Below, piece after piece: positions 23,788 to 33,916 of a DNA stretch of 56,110 bases. The stretch's first letter is position 1; each line of letters begins with the position of its first letter. This DNA comes from a virus (lineage: Duplodnaviria; Caudoviricetes): IMG/VR virus record IMGVR_UViG_3300047550_002572, positions 1-56,110 of that record. One strand, 5' to 3'. The notes under the pieces are model-generated. The model was not told the DNA's origin, made no database searches, and was given only the letters and a program-made list of their open reading frames with translations. A program made the position numbers and the translations under genes.

Positions 23788-26700
23788 CTATCTTTGCCGC
23801 CGCTTCAACAACGAAGGGCTGTTCCTCACAGGGTTGGTGGGGGTTACTGGGTTTATTGGTAGTGGTTCAGCTTGCTGCATCCCTTTTGACCGTAGTCGTT
23901 CGTTGCCGTAATGAATCGGGACCATCCGAACATGTGCAGGGATGTAGTTAGTAGGCATATAGTTTGATTGGTTTCGACGTAGCCGTTCCTGAATGATGTC
24001 TGCTTCTGTCACATCGGATTCGTGCTGCTCGAGGTAATCTTTGGCTTGTTCGTTCAGGTGCTCTTCTATCATCTCGTGGAGCATCGGGCGCAACCGAGCG
24101 TCAAGACGGCTGTACGCCGCTTTCGTCGGGTTTATGGCGTTGTCTATCGCTGTCATTACAGAGTCCATATCTGTCAGGACATAATTACCTTCTGGGTTGT
24201 AGGCCTTCCAATACTCTCGCATCTTTCGAGAGCCTGGGGGCACCCCTTCCTTGGTTGCGAAGACGATGATCTCTTCTAGTTTCTGCTTGAACTCAGGAGA
24301 CCCATACGGCAGTCGCATTGCGAGCTCTACGCGAGACTGAATGTTCCGCGTGAGCTGGGACTTGGCCCAAGCGTTTTCCTTCTCGATCTCTTGCATCGCT
24401 TCGGTTTCAAAAGGCTTGGGCTTGGTGGGCGTCATTCCAAGCCAGACCATCGCTGCTTCTTCTCCTGTCATCGGAGAGCCTAGCATATGGCGCAAACCTT
24501 GGAACCACCCTTCGCCCGGCTCCACTGGAGTGCTTGGGCCTTCCCGAACCGCAAGAATATCTCCAACGTTAAGCACTTTGTGCAGTGCAAAGTTGAATGC
24601 AGCCTGCATTGCTTCAGGAGTCGCGGCATCGGGAGGCCACAAAGGTTGGCCGGATTTGTCTTTCCCTGTTCCCAGTTCAACTACGGCATTGAAAAACGGG
24701 TGGAGCTGCCCCAGGAACGAGTTTACTGCACGCTGGAACCCACCTTCATACACCGTACTTTCTACGGTTTTCTGAAGAGGCTTGAACATCATGAACATTG
24801 GAAGAGAAGCGAAAGTTCCGTCAGCCCATTCTACGTCGAACTTGTGGCCTGGCGGGTTGTCAAACGTGGGTCTGCCGTTGATGGCAATGTTCAGCATGTT
24901 GTTGAACGCCACGTTCGCAACCATCGTCCCCACGAGATAGTTACCGAGCTGTTTCTTGCGCTGCATCTCGACGGCGGGGGAGATCTTGAAGGCGTGGCGA
25001 GAACGATATCCTGCCGCCTTAAACACGCTGTCCAAAGAATCAACCAACGTATCCCATTTCGACCCTGCATATTGCGGAGCCAGCGTAAGTATCTGCAAGC
25101 CAGTGCGTACCGCAGGGCTCTGCATATGGTGCTGCACAACGCCCGCAAGCCGGTTCACATGATCTGCTGACATTCGCTCGGCAATCGCCAGTGCCGCTGC
25201 GTAGTCGCCACCGGTCTGCTCCATCAGCTTCGTCCCGTTGGCCCGCATCGTCTGACCCGTGTAATAGGCCCACGCCCCAAGCTGGGCGTCACTGAGAGCG
25301 CGGAATAGCCCCACGCTGTTAAGGAACGCATCGGCCCCGTCTAGGAAGCGAAGAGGCATCAAAAGCGTAGAATCAAGGATACCGCCAGTCTTTGCCATCA
25401 GTTTGGCGAACGGGGTGTTCAACCCGAATCGCTCGGTCGCCATCTGCTGTATTAGAGGGTTCTGCTTGGCGGCAGAAACCATGTCGGTGTGCAGCGACGT
25501 GGCGTTGCGGAGCAGAGAAGCGGGCTGAAGCCCTGCGTTCAGTGCTCGGATCATCATAATCCCGCCCTGATCTTCTGCGAGATGCTGCCCTATGGGGATC
25601 AATCCAAACGCCTTTGAGAAGTTGTAACCGAGCAAAGTTGTGTAGTTGCTCATCACCGAGGTCATGTAGTTGAGCGGAGGACCGACCAGCGAAAGGCTGC
25701 GCCAGCCAGTGTACGCCTTTGCTACCTGCCCCATCCCTCCCGTCGTCTGGGGAGAAGTCAGGTAGTCATTGATCAGGTTTGCCGCTTGGGGGTGAATCTT
25801 CCAGCTCCCAATCGCCTTCCCGCCGCTGTATCCCGCAAACGCAGGAACGTCGGATAGGCTCAGGTACTTGCCTTCCTGCATCTGCGACATCCCGCTCTTG
25901 CGGTAGTCGGCTCTGACGTTGGCTTCTGCGAAGCTTTCAAATCGCTTGTTCTTGATGCTGAACAGCAACGGAAGACCTTCGGGGCCTTCCATAATCTTCA
26001 GCTGGTTCATGAACCGTCGAGCGCCGTCTGCGCGGAACGTCGCGTGGACAATCGTGTGAAGGATGTCGCCAACGTCGGTCACAGCGTCGCCCAGAAGCAC
26101 GTTGTGCAGAAGGTCGGAAGCTATGTTCTCATTTACCCCAAGCGCCGCAGCTCTCTGCTGCATCGCCGTCATCCCTTTGCCGCCGTGAAACCCGAACGCA
26201 TATTCTTCCCAGCTCGTGATCGGTTTGCCTTGAGCCGTGGAATAATCTGTGATCTCTTTCATGGCGTCGTTCGCCATGGTTTCGGCTTTCTCGATGGTCT
26301 CAATCTTTCGGGCCTTCTCCCATCCTGCGTGAGGAGACATACGAGCCACGTCATTGCCGCCTCGCTGGATGTACGTCAGGAACCGAGGATGGGTGTGCAT
26401 GAAGTAGTTGGCACGGAACACCGCCGCCAGCTCGGGAGATTGCTGCTTAAACCGCTCAACTGCAGTCATCACGTCGAAGTAGGTTCGAAGCGGCGCGGCG
26501 AGCTGAGACCCGTTCACCTTGACGGTATTGCCTCTTGGGGTCTTAACATCGTAAGACCCTTTCAGGAAGTCGATGAGGGTGTCTTTTCCCCCTTCAATGG
26601 CCGCGACGAGTTTTCGCGTGAACTGCGGGTCAGCTTTTTCTCCCCGCCGAAGCTTAAATATCTCCCCGAATTGCTTGTTGAAGTCTTTCGCTACGTCGTC

Positions 26701-29700
26701 TGCAACGCGAAGTGCCGCTTTTTCGTAAGCCATCATGTGATTGGCGAAGTATGCGCTTCCCCCAAACACTTGGTCTACCGTTTCAAAAGGCTTCATCTGC
26801 CGCGCCAGTGTGCTGAACGCTCGTGTGCCGCTGGAGAACAGGTCTCGGACCCGCTCGATGTAATTGTACGGCTGCGGGGTGTTGGCGTTAGGGACTTTAC
26901 CCGCCGCAATGCCCTCAAGTACGCTACGCGCTGCAGACATTGCGGGAGTTGCGTCTTCCGACATCAACACTGCACCCATCTGCGACAGGGCACTGTCTGT
27001 CGTGTGGATCAGGGCGGGGTCGAGGGCGGCTTCTGCCAGTTTTTCTGCGCTACCGGCCAATGCCCCAATCGGAATGCCGTTCGGGAATGCGTCGCTCTTC
27101 AGGTCCAAGAGACGAGCGAGGAAGTCTGACGCGGTAGGATTTGCAGAGGACATGAGCTCTCGCAATGACGCAGGGATGAATTCAATAGCCCCAGGGATGC
27201 TCATCTCTTCTGTTTTGACGACTTTTGTTTTAACTTTGCCGCCAGGCCCCAAAACAGGAGCCCCATCTTTTGTAACAACTTCCTTGGTCTTTACGGTTTT
27301 GGTAGCCCCACCCAGACGGTCTGCGAAGTCGTCGATGTACCGTATAGCCGCTTTCAATGCGCTGGCTTTCTTGCCGCTTGTGCGAGCCATGGATTCTCGC
27401 ATCGCAGTAGACGCTTGCCGAAGCATAGCGACCTGATTCTCTGCCGCAAGTCGGGTAGGAGCCGACGCTAGAATAGAAGCGTCTACCTGAAGCTGCAGTT
27501 CGCGTTGAAGAAGGGGAACTCGGTTCGCTCCCTCTTTTGGTTGCCCTGTCGCAGGGTCAAGAGGCTGAGAAGCCAGTTGCGCTCTTTCTGTCAGCCGCTG
27601 AACCGTCAATTCATGTTCTGCTTTTTCTGCTGCACTCAACCCATAATTCCCGGAAGTCAAGTGCATTGTAAGAGCGTTTTGATAGTTAGGAATTCGCCCC
27701 TCTAGAAGAGCCGCTTTAGCCTCGGCCTGCACGGTATTCAAAGCTGCTCGGTTCGCAGACAATTTGTTTCGCAGGTCCACGAAAGCCGAATCGTTTACAA
27801 TGAACGGGTTGCTTTCTGCTGCGGCAAGGCGAAGACGGGGGTTTTTAATTGGGTCTGGCAGACTAAGAGACGTGCGAAGACCTGAGTAATGCAGTACCTC
27901 AGGGTCTGACAACAAAGCAGAAACCTCTGCGCTTTTTGTTTTCAGTTCTGCTTCGAGTGTTTTAGCGTAAGCGGTCGGCTTACCGTCAGAACCTGTATGC
28001 GGGATTGGGCTCCCTCCTCTAGGGTTCGGGGAAGACCCAGCCAGAATTTCCGCATTGATCTGGTCTACGCGGTCGGCCAGCGTCCTGTAGCGAAGCACTT
28101 GCGGGTTAGCTTCCATCGCTGTCATCTTGCTAGTAACTGCGTCTAGCGTTTTTTGAGCTGCGTCTCGCTCAGCGTGCGCTTGCCTAGAGCCAATGGAGAT
28201 ACCGCGGATATCTCGGTCGAATCGAGACAGTGCCGCTTCGTTTGTCTCAATCACATCGAGGTGTGCCGTGTGGTTTCTTGCAGCGTGGTCCATGTACGCG
28301 ATCCCTCGCGTGCTGTCGCGCACGAGGTTTGCAAACCACCCTCGAGTGTTGTCGTCCATCAGCTTGGCGTTGGATTCTGCAAAAGAGATAAGACGGTCTT
28401 TCAGGGCTTGCGGAAAGTTGGGAGAGTCCCACATATTGTCTGCAAGACTAGCCGCCTTTTTCCCGTACTCCCCAAAGATCCCAGTGCCTTCGCGCATCTT
28501 CCCGAGCATGTACATTGCCATGTCGGGGCCCTTTTTGAACATACCTCGAACAGTCGCAGCCAACGCTCCTCCGAACGCAGGAAAAACCGCAGTGATTGCA
28601 GCCCCGACCATAGCGTTGTTTCGCCCTGCGACATAGGCGGGCCACATCGCCTGTTCAAGAGTTTTTCCTTGCTGGAACTGGTTTTGGAGCTCTTTGTTCA
28701 TGCCTTCAATACCGAAGACAGTGCCCCAAGTGATGATGTGCCCAAGCTGGCCTTTCTGAGCCAGATAGCCCAATGCCGGTTCAATTTGATGGGTGGCAGA
28801 CCACTCACCGGCCTTCACCAGTGCGGGAGGAAGTTTTTCCGCAAGCAGGCTGAGTCCACCCGACATCGCTGTACGCCCTGCATTGGCAGTAGCACTTCCC
28901 GCCGATGTGAGAAGATTCTTGACGGCAGACGGGATGAACTTTGCCGCCATAATGCCTTCGGCCATGTAGTTAAGAATGGGAAGGTTTGAAGCAAAGTCGT
29001 TGAACCCCATCGCCATTACTGCGCCATTGCCCCAGTTGGCGGGGTTGAAGATCCCAAGGGTGCGTCCTTCGTACTGCTCACGCCACTTCGCGTAGTCTTC
29101 AGGAACCCGCATCTCTGCAGAAAACACTCCAGGTATATAAAGCAGAGAATGGTTGATCGAATGCTTCATCGTCGCGACGGTCCATGCCGAATCGTCCACT
29201 GTGCCATCTGATCGAACCCCATTCCGGAGCATGACCTGAGGCAAGAGGGACTGAGAGATGCGCTGCTCTGGGTCTTGCGCGGTTACGAACGAAGACAGCG
29301 GGCTGTTCTTGTACGGGGGGGCGATCTCGCTCATCGGCTTTGTGAAGAAGTGGAACGGATCGGCAAACGACACAGCGGCAGATAGCATCGTTTTTGCGTT
29401 ACGAGCCATCTGCTCTTGCTCTTGAGGCATCGGGATCGGGCCCCAGCCTGTAGTGTCGGTAACGGTGTCTTTTCGAGTGATGCCCGTATTGCCTATCGTG
29501 GAAGGCTGGCTGTAATCGCCCAGCTCCTGCCGTCCTTTTCGCGCCACTACACCAGGCGCTGACTGGAAGTTCGGATTGTTTACCGCAGCGTCGACATCTT
29601 TTGTGTCAATGCCAAGAATGTTGGCGACATAGTTCTTCGTCTCTTTGTAATCGACCGACCCGTTCTTTATAAATCGAAGAAGACCGGTGTGCTCTTTTGC

Positions 29701-30588
29701 GTCGCCAATCCCTGCGTTGTATGCCGCAAGAGCTCGAGCAGGATTGTTGTTAACCTCGGGACGCTGCATCAAGTCTTTGAAATGATCGACAGCCACCATC
29801 ATCTGCAGGTTCTCGTTGTTAAGGTAATCGTCCCACGTCTTACCTCGCGCCTTCAGGTATTGTGCCGCCGTGCCGGGCATCATCTGCCCCAAGCCGACAG
29901 CTCCTGCCGAAGACTTTGCATCTGGGCGCCAAGCCGATTCCGCACGAAACAGGTTGGAAATAAGGTCTGGGTCAACGCCCTGCTTCGCTGCGTAGGTGCG
30001 GGCAAAGTCTTCCATGTTGGAGCCCGTCCGCACCCTGCCGCTCACCTGCTGCACTGGAGTTTTTCCTTTTGGCAGCGTCTGTGGAAGGCTTAGGTGGAAA
30101 TGCGCGTTTGGATCGCTGTCGCCAGTCCACTCATCAAGCAAGCGCAGGTTGTATTTGTCAGCCAGCGCCTGGAGCTTTGCTAGGCTCTCTGGAGTCTTTT
30201 TGAAGTTCCAGTCGGGAATTACATCAGCCGCTTGCCCAGAGTAGTGCAACGAACCCGTAGTGTGCCCTTTTCCGTCAAGACGAGCGCCGTTGCTGATCTG
30301 ATACTGCGGCCAGATCGTCTGCGCTTCCTTGGAGAACTGCGCGAACCGCTGGGCGAACAAAGGGTGCATGTCGTTGATCTGTTCAAGACCGACAGGGCTT
30401 TGTCTCGGCAGGGAGCTCAGGTAGTGGTAAGGGTTGTTTGGGGGGGCGTTGGGGTCGGAGGAGCCTGTGCTACTAATGCGAGACATAACCCCGTCCCACA
30501 CAGAAGGGGGAGCAGGGGTTGCAGAAGCTGACAAAGGGTCGGTAAGGTTGTTTGGGGAGATCTTTAGGTTGTCCCAAGGGCTTCCCAT
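23788..30588 (-). CDS. Giant internal virion (ejection) protein with N-terminal M15/LAS-like peptidase and lytic transglycosylase domains
   Basis: 2266 aa; SLHYSGQAAD...HFH; ESAW...S.AGAVGLGQMMPGTA...AAYNAG...ETKNYV. Confidence 0.85.
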   Translation of the reverse strand: MGSPWDNLKISPNNLTDPLSASATPAPPSVWDGVMSRISSTGSSDPNAPPNNPYHYLSSLPRQSPVGLEQINDMHPLFAQRFAQFSKEAQTIWPQYQISNGARLDGKGHTTGSLHYSGQAADVIPDWNFKKTPESLAKLQALADKYNLRLLDEWTGDSDPNAHFHLSLPQTLPKGKTPVQQVSGRVRTGSNMEDFARTYAAKQGVDPDLISNLFRAESAWRPDAKSSAGAVGLGQMMPGTAAQYLKARGKTWDDYLNNENLQMMVAVDHFKDLMQRPEVNNNPARALAAYNAGIGDAKEHTGLLRFIKNGSVDYKETKNYVANILGIDTKDVDAAVNNPNFQSAPGVVARKGRQELGDYSQPSTIGNTGITRKDTVTDTTGWGPIPMPQEQEQMARNAKTMLSAAVSFADPFHFFTKPMSEIAPPYKNSPLSSFVTAQDPEQRISQSLLPQVMLRNGVRSDGTVDDSAWTVATMKHSINHSLLYIPGVFSAEMRVPEDYAKWREQYEGRTLGIFNPANWGNGAVMAMGFNDFASNLPILNYMAEGIMAAKFIPSAVKNLLTSAGSATANAGRTAMSGGLSLLAEKLPPALVKAGEWSATHQIEPALGYLAQKGQLGHIITWGTVFGIEGMNKELQNQFQQGKTLEQAMWPAYVAGRNNAMVGAAITAVFPAFGGALAATVRGMFKKGPDMAMYMLGKMREGTGIFGEYGKKAASLADNMWDSPNFPQALKDRLISFAESNAKLMDDNTRGWFANLVRDSTRGIAYMDHAARNHTAHLDVIETNEAALSRFDRDIRGISIGSRQAHAERDAAQKTLDAVTSKMTAMEANPQVLRYRTLADRVDQINAEILAGSSPNPRGGSPIPHTGSDGKPTAYAKTLEAELKTKSAEVSALLSDPEVLHYSGLRTSLSLPDPIKNPRLRLAAAESNPFIVNDSAFVDLRNKLSANRAALNTVQAEAKAALLEGRIPNYQNALTMHLTSGNYGLSAAEKAEHELTVQRLTERAQLASQPLDPATGQPKEGANRVPLLQRELQLQVDASILASAPTRLAAENQVAMLRQASTAMRESMARTSGKKASALKAAIRYIDDFADRLGGATKTVKTKEVVTKDGAPVLGPGGKVKTKVVKTEEMSIPGAIEFIPASLRELMSSANPTASDFLARLLDLKSDAFPNGIPIGALAGSAEKLAEAALDPALIHTTDSALSQMGAVLMSEDATPAMSAARSVLEGIAAGKVPNANTPQPYNYIERVRDLFSSGTRAFSTLARQMKPFETVDQVFGGSAYFANHMMAYEKAALRVADDVAKDFNKQFGEIFKLRRGEKADPQFTRKLVAAIEGGKDTLIDFLKGSYDVKTPRGNTVKVNGSQLAAPLRTYFDVMTAVERFKQQSPELAAVFRANYFMHTHPRFLTYIQRGGNDVARMSPHAGWEKARKIETIEKAETMANDAMKEITDYSTAQGKPITSWEEYAFGFHGGKGMTAMQQRAAALGVNENIASDLLHNVLLGDAVTDVGDILHTIVHATFRADGARRFMNQLKIMEGPEGLPLLFSIKNKRFESFAEANVRADYRKSGMSQMQEGKYLSLSDVPAFAGYSGGKAIGSWKIHPQAANLINDYLTSPQTTGGMGQVAKAYTGWRSLSLVGPPLNYMTSVMSNYTTLLGYNFSKAFGLIPIGQHLAEDQGGIMMIRALNAGLQPASLLRNATSLHTDMVSAAKQNPLIQQMATERFGLNTPFAKLMAKTGGILDSTLLMPLRFLDGADAFLNSVGLFRALSDAQLGAWAYYTGQTMRANGTKLMEQTGGDYAAALAIAERMSADHVNRLAGVVQHHMQSPAVRTGLQILTLAPQYAGSKWDTLVDSLDSVFKAAGYRSRHAFKISPAVEMQRKKQLGNYLVGTMVANVAFNNMLNIAINGRPTFDNPPGHKFDVEWADGTFASLPMFMMFKPLQKTVESTVYEGGFQRAVNSFLGQLHPFFNAVVELGTGKDKSGQPLWPPDAATPEAMQAAFNFALHKVLNVGDILAVREGPSTPVEPGEGWFQGLRHMLGSPMTGEEAAMVWLGMTPTKPKPFETEAMQEIEKENAWAKSQLTRNIQSRVELAMRLPYGSPEFKQKLEEIIVFATKEGVPPGSRKMREYWKAYNPEGNYVLTDMDSVMTAIDNAINPTKAAYSRLDARLRPMLHEMIEEHLNEQAKDYLEQHESDVTEADIIQERLRRNQSNYMPTNYIPAHVRMVPIHYGNERLRSKGMQQAEPLPINPVTPTNPVRNSPSLLKRRQR

Positions 30589-32511
30589 TTACTTCTTGTC
30601 CTTTTGATTGGGCTTAGGAGGAGGGGCAGTGATGAAAGGAATCACGGGAACGTTGATATTGTGGTCTTTTGCGTATTGTTCCATAGTCAACCCGTGGTTG
30701 TACGCAATTCCGTATTTCTCCAGCAACCAATCCGTTTGGCGAATGTAGTTCATCAGTGCGACGTAGTGGCGATATTGGCCCGGAAGCATTCCTGGGCGGC
30801 TAACCCACTGCTGATACGACATAATATGTCCCAAACGCAATTCAGCCATGATCTGGGGGTCATACAGAACGCCGTTGTATAGGTCGGACACTTGTTGCCC
30901 GCTCAACATATCCTTGCCATCGACGGATTTGTCGGGAACGAAAGCCATCTCATCCGCATCCCACTTCTGCGGACGAGCCGGAAAGAAGAGATAGTGCTGA
31001 TAGGTGTTTGGGTGCTCGGATACGGTCTTTGCGACAGAGACAAAGTCGAAGTTCTGGGTCTTTGACGCAATCGCCAACCAGTTTGTGATTCCAAGTGTTT
31101 TGCTTTGTGCGCTCTGCGAGAAGTTTTGTCGGTAATCAGTTGCTTCACTTTGTACTTGCTCGGCAAGCTGATCGTAGATCTTTTTTGCTGTAATTACTTG
31201 ATTCTGGGCGTCAATAAATTCTGGTGTAGGTACTTTCGTGAGCCCCGGATTGGTTGCTTTTTCTTGTGCATTAGGAGGTCGAAACCAAGTTGAAGTGCCT
31301 TGCATCGAACCCACTTTGGTTTGAGCAGCGACGTACTGATTCCACGCTTGTTCGGCAGCGACTTGGGCAGCGTTGACTCGCCCTGCTGCTATCCTCTCGT
31401 TTTGCGCCAAACCTTCCAACGAGAGTCGAACGCCTGTGGCGTCCCTTTCTGCATTAAGGTGCTGGGCCTGTGCGATAGCAAGCTGGATCTTTGCCTTTTC
31501 GGCCATTGGAGCCAAGCCAAGAACAGCGCGACGCTCTTCGGCCTGAGCCATTAAAGCCTCGGTCTGCGCTCGCTGCAAACGAATGCCTTGCAGCCCCGTT
31601 TCTCTTTCTACCTCTTCGTAAGACCGCTCTTTGAGTTTCTGAGCACGCGCTGCCGTTTCTGCATTCAGCTTGCTTGCTTCTGCTTGCGTTCTGTTTGTAA
31701 GGAAGTTTCCAATCTCTTTGTTGTCCAAAAACGCAGTGGCCGAATTCATAAGGGTCAATCGAGCTCGAGCAGGCATGGCGTCCAGCTTCTTGACGAAGTC
31801 GGTGGTCAGGTAGGCTTTTCGGTCGGCAGACCCCGAAGGCCACGAGCCAGTCAGTCGCTCATGCCGAACGCCGTTGATCAGATCAGAAGCGTCGAGTAGG
31901 TTTTGCGTCGTCAGATGCTCCATTGCCAGATGGTCGGTCCCGCCGTTTTTCCCTGCAACGGCTTGAAGCGCGTCTTCTATCATGTCGAACGACTGGCCCA
32001 GCATATACGAATAAGGGTTCTGTGCAAAAAAGGCAGTTAACCCCCCGCCAACTCCTTGCGCGGCTTGGTAGAAGTTTGATACCAACGCTTCTTGAAACGC
32101 AGAAACGGCTGCTCGCGCTGCCGGAGTTTTCCAGCTGTTGATGTATTGTTGTGGCGGGGCAGGACGGCCCAAGATTGCGTCCAGTGACTGATCATAAGAA
32201 AGGTTGGGAGGGGACGGCAAACCCAGCTCTTCTCGAGAAGGGACTCGAAGCATTCTATAGGTCTGCGGAGCCGGCTGCTGGGTAGAGGGGGACGCCAAGT
32301 TATATACAGCAGAAAAGTCTGGAGGCGTCTGCGCGGGAGGGAGCATCGCCGGAGCAGCGGTGGCAGGTGCCGAAGGCGGCGCAACAGGCACTGCCTTTGG
32401 CGCTCTGCTAGGCGGTGCTTGGGCCATCGGGGTCAGATCTACGGGAGGGGCAGAATCCTGAGTACCCCCAGAAGCCGGATCGGAAAACGGGACCCCGTTG
32501 TAGTCAATCAC
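30589..32511 (-). CDS. Internal virion protein
   Basis: Position; Pro-rich N-terminus, Gln/Ala coiled coil. Confidence 0.7.
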   Translation of the reverse strand: MIDYNGVPFSDPASGGTQDSAPPVDLTPMAQAPPSRAPKAVPVAPPSAPATAAPAMLPPAQTPPDFSAVYNLASPSTQQPAPQTYRMLRVPSREELGLPSPPNLSYDQSLDAILGRPAPPQQYINSWKTPAARAAVSAFQEALVSNFYQAAQGVGGGLTAFFAQNPYSYMLGQSFDMIEDALQAVAGKNGGTDHLAMEHLTTQNLLDASDLINGVRHERLTGSWPSGSADRKAYLTTDFVKKLDAMPARARLTLMNSATAFLDNKEIGNFLTNRTQAEASKLNAETAARAQKLKERSYEEVERETGLQGIRLQRAQTEALMAQAEERRAVLGLAPMAEKAKIQLAIAQAQHLNAERDATGVRLSLEGLAQNERIAAGRVNAAQVAAEQAWNQYVAAQTKVGSMQGTSTWFRPPNAQEKATNPGLTKVPTPEFIDAQNQVITAKKIYDQLAEQVQSEATDYRQNFSQSAQSKTLGITNWLAIASKTQNFDFVSVAKTVSEHPNTYQHYLFFPARPQKWDADEMAFVPDKSVDGKDMLSGQQVSDLYNGVLYDPQIMAELRLGHIMSYQQWVSRPGMLPGQYRHYVALMNYIRQTDWLLEKYGIAYNHGLTMEQYAKDHNINVPVIPFITAPPPKPNQKDKK

Positions 32512-33065
32512 CCGTTAACACCTCCAAACATATTTGAATCCATGAGCTGAGTCAGAAAGTTTACCTGATCTGTAGCAGGGCTGTAGTAGCTGGTCGGACC
32601 GTTCGGCTTTGCCACTGGCCCATTATAGACAGGGGGGACCGTCAGGGCATCCCATGTGCTCGGCACACTCGATGCGGGCACAGGCGCTTGGTTTGTGCCC
32701 CCGTAAGGTTCTGGCATTTGCATACTCTGTTGGTACTTTTGCCCGCGCCGAACGTTGCTTTCGTACTCCAACGTTGGCAGATGGTTTTGAATATCTGTGT
32801 ACTGTTGAATCATTGCTTCGGGGGCACCGCTAGCCCGAAGAAACGGAACGCCATATGGTTTTGGCATAGTCAGCGCAACCTTCATGGCTTCCCCGATCTT
32901 GCTCTGCGATTCCGCTTGATTAGCTTTTCCTACGTTGTATGCGTGATAGCCCTTCATAGCTTCCCCACCCATCTGAGCGAGCGCGAGAAGCCGAGCCAGG
33001 AACATATCAAACTTCGGCTGGCGTTGGATGATTTGCGGCTGGGCAATGTTCGACTGTACAATCAC
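32508..33065 (-). CDS. Probable internal virion protein
   Basis: Overlapping start/stop within the ejection cluster. Confidence 0.65.
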   Translation of the reverse strand: MIVQSNIAQPQIIQRQPKFDMFLARLLALAQMGGEAMKGYHAYNVGKANQAESQSKIGEAMKVALTMPKPYGVPFLRASGAPEAMIQQYTDIQNHLPTLEYESNVRRGQKYQQSMQMPEPYGGTNQAPVPASSVPSTWDALTVPPVYNGPVAKPNGPTSYYSPATDQVNFLTQLMDSNMFGGVNG

Positions 33066-33412
33066 GCCGAGAACCCTCCAAACATCCCAGGATCAAAAGG
33101 GTTGTCCACTCCAAAAGTACCAGGCATAGCAGGCATTCCCGTGTAGGCGTTTTGATGTAGCATATCTAGGAACGGGTTGCCCATACCGGGAGAGCCCATT
33201 CCCTGCTGCTGTCCTACGCCGAGCAACCCGAGAAGTGACTTCGGACCAGGCCGACCCGTGCGAAGGAAGTCATACGCCGCCGAAGCCATACCAACTTCAG
33301 GAAAGAACATCCCCGCCATCCCCACAAGCGGCTTCAACCAGCCCATCGGGTCCTGCTGGGGAGGGGCCTGTAGCATTTGAGGCTGTACTACGTTCGGTTG
33401 CACGGTATGCAT
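33062..33412 (-). CDS. Gly/Met/Pro-rich probable internal virion protein
   Basis: SD AAGGAG; N-terminus resembles that of the next gene (VQ.N..QPQ..Q). Confidence 0.65.
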   Translation of the reverse strand: MHTVQPNVVQPQMLQAPPQQDPMGWLKPLVGMAGMFFPEVGMASAAYDFLRTGRPGPKSLLGLLGVGQQQGMGSPGMGNPFLDMLHQNAYTGMPAMPGTFGVDNPFDPGMFGGFSA

Positions 33413-33424
33413 CGCGCTACTCCT

Positions 33425-33916
33425 TTAGTCGCTCTCAAGAAAGTCTAGACTATCTTGCCAGTTCTGTCCACCCAAGGCAGCAGAGATGGTGCTCTCAGAT
33501 ACACCATACCTCTTCGCCATACTCGCTGTCGATACTCCTCGAAGCTTCAGCCGACGAAGCTCGACCACATCCTCTGCCGTCAGGATGGCGTTGTTCTTGT
33601 GTCTGCCGCGGTCCACCATGTCCTGCATGTTCTCGGTGTGGGTCCCAATCTCCAAGTGACCCGGGTTGCAGCACGGAGGGTTGTCGCACTTGTGCCGCAC
33701 CACCAGACCCGACTCCACAGGGCCATGGTACAACATGAACGTCACCCGATGCGTTCGCTCGATCTCGTCCCCGACGCGGATCTTGCCATACCCGTCTGCG
33801 TCTTTGGCCCCCTGAAACTCCCAACAGGGGGTGTCCAGCCCTCGAGGCTCCTTCTTCAAGCGACGGGTCAGTCGGTCTTTCAGCACTACCGCTCTGTCCT
33901 CGGCTATTGCGATCAT
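33425..33916 (-). CDS. Free-standing HNH homing endonuclease with C-terminal HTH
   Basis: CWEFQG..D.DGYG, THRV, VRHKCDNPPCCNPGHLEIGTHTENMQD, LT..DV..LR, MAKRYGVS. Confidence 0.92.
   Translation of the reverse strand: MIAIAEDRAVVLKDRLTRRLKKEPRGLDTPCWEFQGAKDADGYGKIRVGDEIERTHRVTFMLYHGPVESGLVVRHKCDNPPCCNPGHLEIGTHTENMQDMVDRGRHKNNAILTAEDVVELRRLKLRGVSTASMAKRYGVSESTISAALGGQNWQDSLDFLESD

Noticed and set aside
23788-30588. Tape measure protein or N4-type virion RNA polymerase
   Set aside because: No tail tube or chaperone genes and no recognisable RNAP catalytic motifs; context fits an ejection protein
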